Origin: Phallusia mammillata
Taxonomy: Eukaryota
Reading direction: 5' to 3'
NCBI GenBank assembly: GCA_965637545.1
Contig: OZ281494.1
Location: 13,950,001-14,014,000 of the forward strand
DNA: 64,000 bases
Part shown: positions 51,001-64,000 of the stretch, one piece after another
Layout: the number at the start of each line of letters is the position of its first letter
How positions within the stretch are numbered: position 1 is the first letter of the stretch
Program-made: the position numbers and the translations under genes
Notes under the pieces: model-generated
Told to the model about the DNA's origin: nothing
Databases searched by the model: none
Seen by the model: the letters and a program-made list of their open reading frames with translations, nothing else

Positions 51001-52192
51001 TATGAAATTTATGGAGATTAAAGAGTAAATTAATTAGAGTTTATGTCGGCACCAAAATGACCATATTTTGTGAAACAAAAATAGGTTCATTACATCTATC
51101 AGTGTGAAAGAAATCGCTCAACTGACTGAACAAATGTAAACTGTGATCCGGTGTCCGATGTAAGTTCCTTAAATAAAGTAATGATTTCACCTAAAGAAAA
51201 TATGAGTGTCGAACTTTACGCCCAGGGTTTCGAAGGAATATTTTGTAATGTTGTAATGTTCTGTAACTCTGAATGAGAGCTGCTCAAGCGTAAATAGACA
51301 AAACAGGTCTGCTGTTTGATTGCATCTTTCTGGTTATTATAAACACACTGTGTTTGAACTATTAGTTGTATACATTGTTACGATTGTTGGTCATTTTATC
51401 TCATAAAAGGGTCACAAGAAATTGTAGAGAGCTCAAAAATAGCATATTCAAAGGCCTGCATTGTGCTTTGACAAAATAATTTCAGCTTAGGTTTAAAAAA
51501 ACTTTACTTTCTCACTTGAGACAGAGGAGAGGACTTACTTCACTGAACTAAATGTTGCTCGAACCCAACTTGTGTTAAATTACAACTGTGGTAAAGTTTA
51601 AGGCACTTAAATCACATTTTAATAACTAATTTATTGTTATTAGTTTGTTTTGATTAAAGCAATCTTTCAGTTTTAGTATACTGTACTAACAGTAAAGCAT
51701 ATAATGGCATGTACTTTTTGCTGTTATTCACTGCTTAATTCCATTTTTATTTCAATTTAATTTGTTATTACTTATACTTAACACACGACACTGGGGGTTG
51801 ACTTGTGTGAATGAGTCATGCGATTATATCACTTCTTCGCATTTTTTGAAGGACAATATTTTACCTGAAATTAGACTCATAGTGCATCAAAACTGTTTTT
51901 TCAAGTTGTATGCCTTATTGAACATGAACACTTTTGGTATCATGGTTGAGTTTGAAACTCATTTAAACCAAAACTTTTCCCAATTTGCAAGAGTTTAAAA
52001 ATCAGAATTCATTTAATTATTGACAACTTTTGGTGAAAGGTTTTAGGATTTGTTGTTTTTGTATGGATTCAACCCAAAACTAACTTCACCTTCAATTCAA
52101 AACTAATAATCTAATTGTTTTCCATGAACAGATTAGTTATGGGATAAACCTTTTCAAGTAGGTTGATGTAGTTAACCTTGTCTGTGGTGTAA

Positions 52193-59732
<7,540 letters not shown>

Positions 59733-61461
59733 TTGCGTTACTCAATTCACTGTCCTTGCTTGCTTCTTGTGTTTCTATATTCTTTGCTTTATTTGGTTGA
59801 CAGAATGACTCTTTAAGTTGATTTTTCACATTGCAAAAAAAATTTACAGATATTAGTGAGAAAAATGTTTCGAATTCACACAAACTGTTAATTGATTTTT
59901 GATTGCATGGCAATGGTCATAGTTAGATTGGACCAACACTATAAGTGGCCTGGAGAGACAACATATATCCTGTACATTGGATCCTAATCGATTATTGTGC
60001 TATTTATTTAAAACCTCTTCCCTTCCACCACATGTTAAATGCTGACAACTTTGTGATTTCCATCTGGCAAAGTCTTTGATGACTATTTTTGCTGTGCAAG
60101 TTCTATTATGTGAACATGATACAGATTGTCTGACTTTGGTAAACATTTTGTGTCGTTTTCGTTTAATTGACAGTTACTTGAAGTTCATGTGTATTAGTTG
60201 TACAGAAAAAAATCCAAGTTCACTCTTGCACAAGCAAATCTCCAAGTACCACATTCTTGTTCCAGGGTGTTGCGTTTGTTAAATGTCCGCATTGTTTGTG
60301 ATGACAAGACACTGCGCACCACCAAAGCATGTTTGTGTAGGCAATTTTGGTGTCTTTTCTGATTTGTGCTGTTCCGCCGCTTAAACTGACAGCTCACCAT
60401 AAAACGAATTTAGATTTACCGTGTGTATGTAGTGTATTTTGTCAGGGGCCTGGCCGCTGGTGTACAGAAAATGTATTCTAAGTGTCCATGTGTAGCCGCC
60501 TGCTGCATGCTCTATACTGTTTTTGTGTGGCTTTGTCTCTACTCCCAACGCTTTTTCAACAAGGAACAACTTCTGCATCTAGCAACATGCAGGTTGTCCG
60601 TAAATAAATTCGGTGTACAGTCTAACTTTTTCCTCGGTCATAGACAACTACTAGGCTATCAATAAACAACACACTATTACATTTGTATTTCACAATTTTA
60701 GGATCCATTTTCTGATTTGCCTTTCGTGTAAATCACCATCAAGCATATTTGCCTGATGTCTGTTATTATGAGTAATTTTTGTGCATAATCTAATTTTTAA
60801 TGTTATTTGGAAGTTGCTATTAAATATTTTTGTGACAACTCCTATTAGTTTTGAGGGTATTTTGCAGATGTGAAAAGTGGGAAAGCAGTATGATGATTGT
60901 GAGTTATTTGTCAGTCATCGTTGACCCCAACATTAAAACAAATGGTAAAACATTTTCGCTGTGATGGTAAGCAGCATTGTTGAAGATAGGTTTTTATTAC
61001 TATTCATGACAAACACTTCAACATGGCAACAAGTCAGTCAGATGGTGTAGTAAGGTATGTTCATACTTCTGTTAAGCATTTAAAACTACACCCCAATTGC
61101 ATCTCCATGTGTCAACTTTTAAACAGCATTAACCTTTGAATTTTACACAACCCATAATTTACCATTTTTATAAACCCATTTGGGTATGACAAAAAAATAC
61201 ATTTTAAACCACCCTAAAAGTAAAGCTTTCAGTTTGGATGTAAGGGTAACTTGGATTAATATTTGAAAAACTTCCAGCTATGCACATCACAGCACTCAGC
61301 ATAAAATTAAACTTTTCAAACAAATTATAGATAAAACACATGTGCAACACAACCAGGTAAAGTTGTGACAGCACAACCTGGAATTACAAAAATACAAGGA
61401 TTTTATAATGCGTGAGCAAAAGTTGTGAACCAAACTCTTGTGTATCTGAAAAACACACATA

Positions 61462-61618
61462 CAGTAAACCTTGGTTAATCCTGGCCTGGTTGGACCACAA
61501 AATATGTCCAGATTAGCCGATAACGATCAGTTCAAGCCCTACCACATTAAACCCTGTGTTTTGTATGAATAAGGCAAAAATCTGGATTAACTGAATCCAG
61601 TTTAACCAGGGCTTACTG
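61462..61618. mobile_element. Tc1/mariner-pogo-type MITE
   Basis: Imperfect TIRs CAGTAAACCTTGGTTAA / TTAACCAGGGCTTACTG flanked by TA. Confidence 0.65.
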
Positions 61619-64000
61619 TATAGAGTAATATTGTGGTTTATAAAGGTTCCACTTAATAATCAGGGTTTAGGCGAATTTTTATACCATGTACCCATAAAAT
61701 TGTGCCATTGGTGATTATGGTGATAGAGTTTGACAAAGCTTCTAGCTTTGGGGGAAAAATGACTATGACTGTCCCACTTTTTTTTTAACAAAACATGACT
61801 TGCAAATTCAATAAAATGTGAATACTATTCTGCACATTGCAACCTGAAATTCCAGGCTTACAATTTTCTGCAATTGCATATAGATTTAATTGTGCTGTTT
61901 ATCAACATTGTCAGCACAGCCAGAGTTTTAACCGCAGTGCATCAACTCCATTCAGATAGTAACGAAAAAGTCTTTTATCACGGACAAAACCCAAGTTTTC
62001 ATATAGTTTCAATGCAGAGTGGTTGGTTACTTCAGTTTCAAGAACAACCTGAAATAATAACAACACAGATTAACGTACTAAGGAACAATGACAAATGGAG
62101 GTTATTAAATACTCACACAGCAACTACCACTAACAGTATCCAATACACTAGCTAAATTTATCGTTTTAGCCACAACATAATTGACGACATGTACATACAC
62201 GAACCTTACATGCAAATGAATGAGGCCATTTGCTTGCCTATAAAGTTGAAGTTTAATTTCCTTAGTTTCACAAATCCTAGTAACTCTTTAGACAACCACC
62301 AAAATAAAAAAGACTTTGTCTGGATAATAAATTCCCTAACTAGATGGAAAAACTATGAATTGTGCATATGTCTAGATTCAAATGTTGGTAGAAAGATGAC
62401 GTTATTACATTTTTATTTCATATGTTTAAAATTTGTGTATACCATACCCACATGTACTATTTGTTGTAGTTATAATGGATTTACTTTTGTTATCAAATTC
62501 AACTTTAGTTTCTGCAAGCAGAATAAAATGTGTCAACCCCTGCATGCATTTGGTATAATTGTATTACTAAGGAGCTATCCTTTTTACGTTCGGAAAAATC
62601 AAATTGGTGAAGAAAACTGTATTTGTGAAATCCAACTCAAACTAAAATATTGTCAAATTTATGTTTACCACTATTAGGGAAGGGGACTCACAAATACCAA
62701 ATTTAGGATTTAATTTGTAGCCATTGTACACTGTGAATTTGACAGTCAACAAAATTGTTTTAACTGGAATTATTATGACCAAAGTCTGTTTCAAAACAGT
62801 TCCAACTTCTGCCCGAAAACCCAAATAACAAGTGCAACAAATCTTTAGCATCTATGTCTATGTTTGCGATAACTTTATGTTGGCCTAAAGTAACCTCTTG
62901 TTGTGCTGTAGTTAGGAAGACATTAACCTTATGACCTGAATGCAGTTTCAGTGGCATGCTGTTTGTAGTTTTGCTTTTGTTTAGGAACAAAGTTTAAAGA
63001 AGTATTGAAAATTTAGGCATGGTTTGAGAAGTTTTTTTTAATTCACGATCAGTGCATAGACAATTATTTCCAAGCAGTGCAACATCATGGTAAAGCACAG
63101 AAAAAAAAATATCATTAACTTCTATCACCCAATGAATACATTTTGTAATTAAAACAGCCCAGTGTTTAACTTTAGTCTGAAACAATGTTTACGAGTAAAG
63201 GTGCTATCATCCACTCACTGGCATGGTATGGCTCAAACATCGCATGAAAACGCACACCTATTAGGTTATGTGATGAGGGCTTAAACCACTGTGTCAAATT
63301 CTCAGTGCATGACTCAAGGTTCGTATCTGTCATGTGTGCAAATTTACAGTTAAAGCACTCTTTCTTGACCAAAACATAGAAAGAATTTCATGTTAAAAAG
63401 ACAAAAAAGCAGAAAAAAACTTGAAAGGTGGCTTAGCACACATTGCCCTTGCATATACACTATAACCTATTTTAAAACATAAATATATTTCCTATTCTTA
63501 TTTTGTATTGGGTCCCATATTAGTCACCGTCTTTTATAACCTTAGTCGTTTCTACAGGCAAAAACTCATGGGTCCCCACACATGCAAGGTTGAAAATAAT
63601 GCAATTCAAGAGATAACCATGAGAAAGTCGGGTGTTGTAAGGTAAAACACAGTGATCGGCACTGGGCTTAAATAATAATACTATGTAGAATACAAACTAT
63701 AAAATTAGATTCATCCCAGATATTGTTTGAAGTATGTCCTATTTAAAAGTTTTAAAAAACTGACCCATTTTAGGGGGCTAGTAGGGTAACTAATTGGGTT
63801 CGACACACAAACTAAAAAATATATAAAAACCACAATGACTCAATCAATAGTACTGCAAAATTTCAGCCCAATCCGCCAATGATTAAAATTTCGACCACTG
63901 GAGGTTTTTTGAGCAACAACCGTTAATGTTTCTGACGTCATAGGGCTGTTAACAAGCCCCTAGATGCCATGGCACAAAAACGACCAACAAGCAACATACA

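Noticed and set aside
60194-60665. GC-richer stretch with short ORFs after USP7
   Set aside because: No continuous frame or recognisable domain; AATAAA at 60661 suggests USP7 3' UTR.
61874-63372. Several 60-160 aa ORFs at the right end
   Set aside because: Low-information AT-rich translations with no motif I recognise and no convincing exon chain.

Overview
Eukaryotic, AT-rich, intron-dense DNA with short introns; a compact invertebrate genome such as an ascidian is plausible but cannot be proven from the sequence. Two genes are arranged head-to-head. (1) A minus-strand domino/SRCAP/EP400-family SWR1-type chromatin remodeler (ATG 49655) with HSA and a split SNF2 ATPase. It has two alternative C-termini: an SRCAP/DOM-B-like AT-hook terminal exon (stop 33853) and, via an internal CAG|GTGAGC donor, an EP400/DOM-A-like SANT/Q-rich tail (stop 26516). 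(2) A plus-strand USP7 (52304-59732). The 3' half of the remodeler gene is tandemly amplified as a ~16.45-kb unit: copy A1 25839-42266 (attached to the 5' half), A2 9386-25838 and A3 1-9385 (cut by the window edge). The remodeler introns carry about 20 snoRNA-like genes; several have recognisable 18S/28S guides (U27, U44, ACA8, U51, ACA6-like), three are duplicated between introns, and about 14 lie inside the amplified unit. An intron at 44367-44541 holds a palindromic insertion flanked by a 13-bp direct repeat, with a complete hammerhead ribozyme core on each strand. Several hAT and Tc1/pogo MITEs are present. All folds, rRNA matches and variant counts were done by eye from remembered reference sequences and need computational confirmation.
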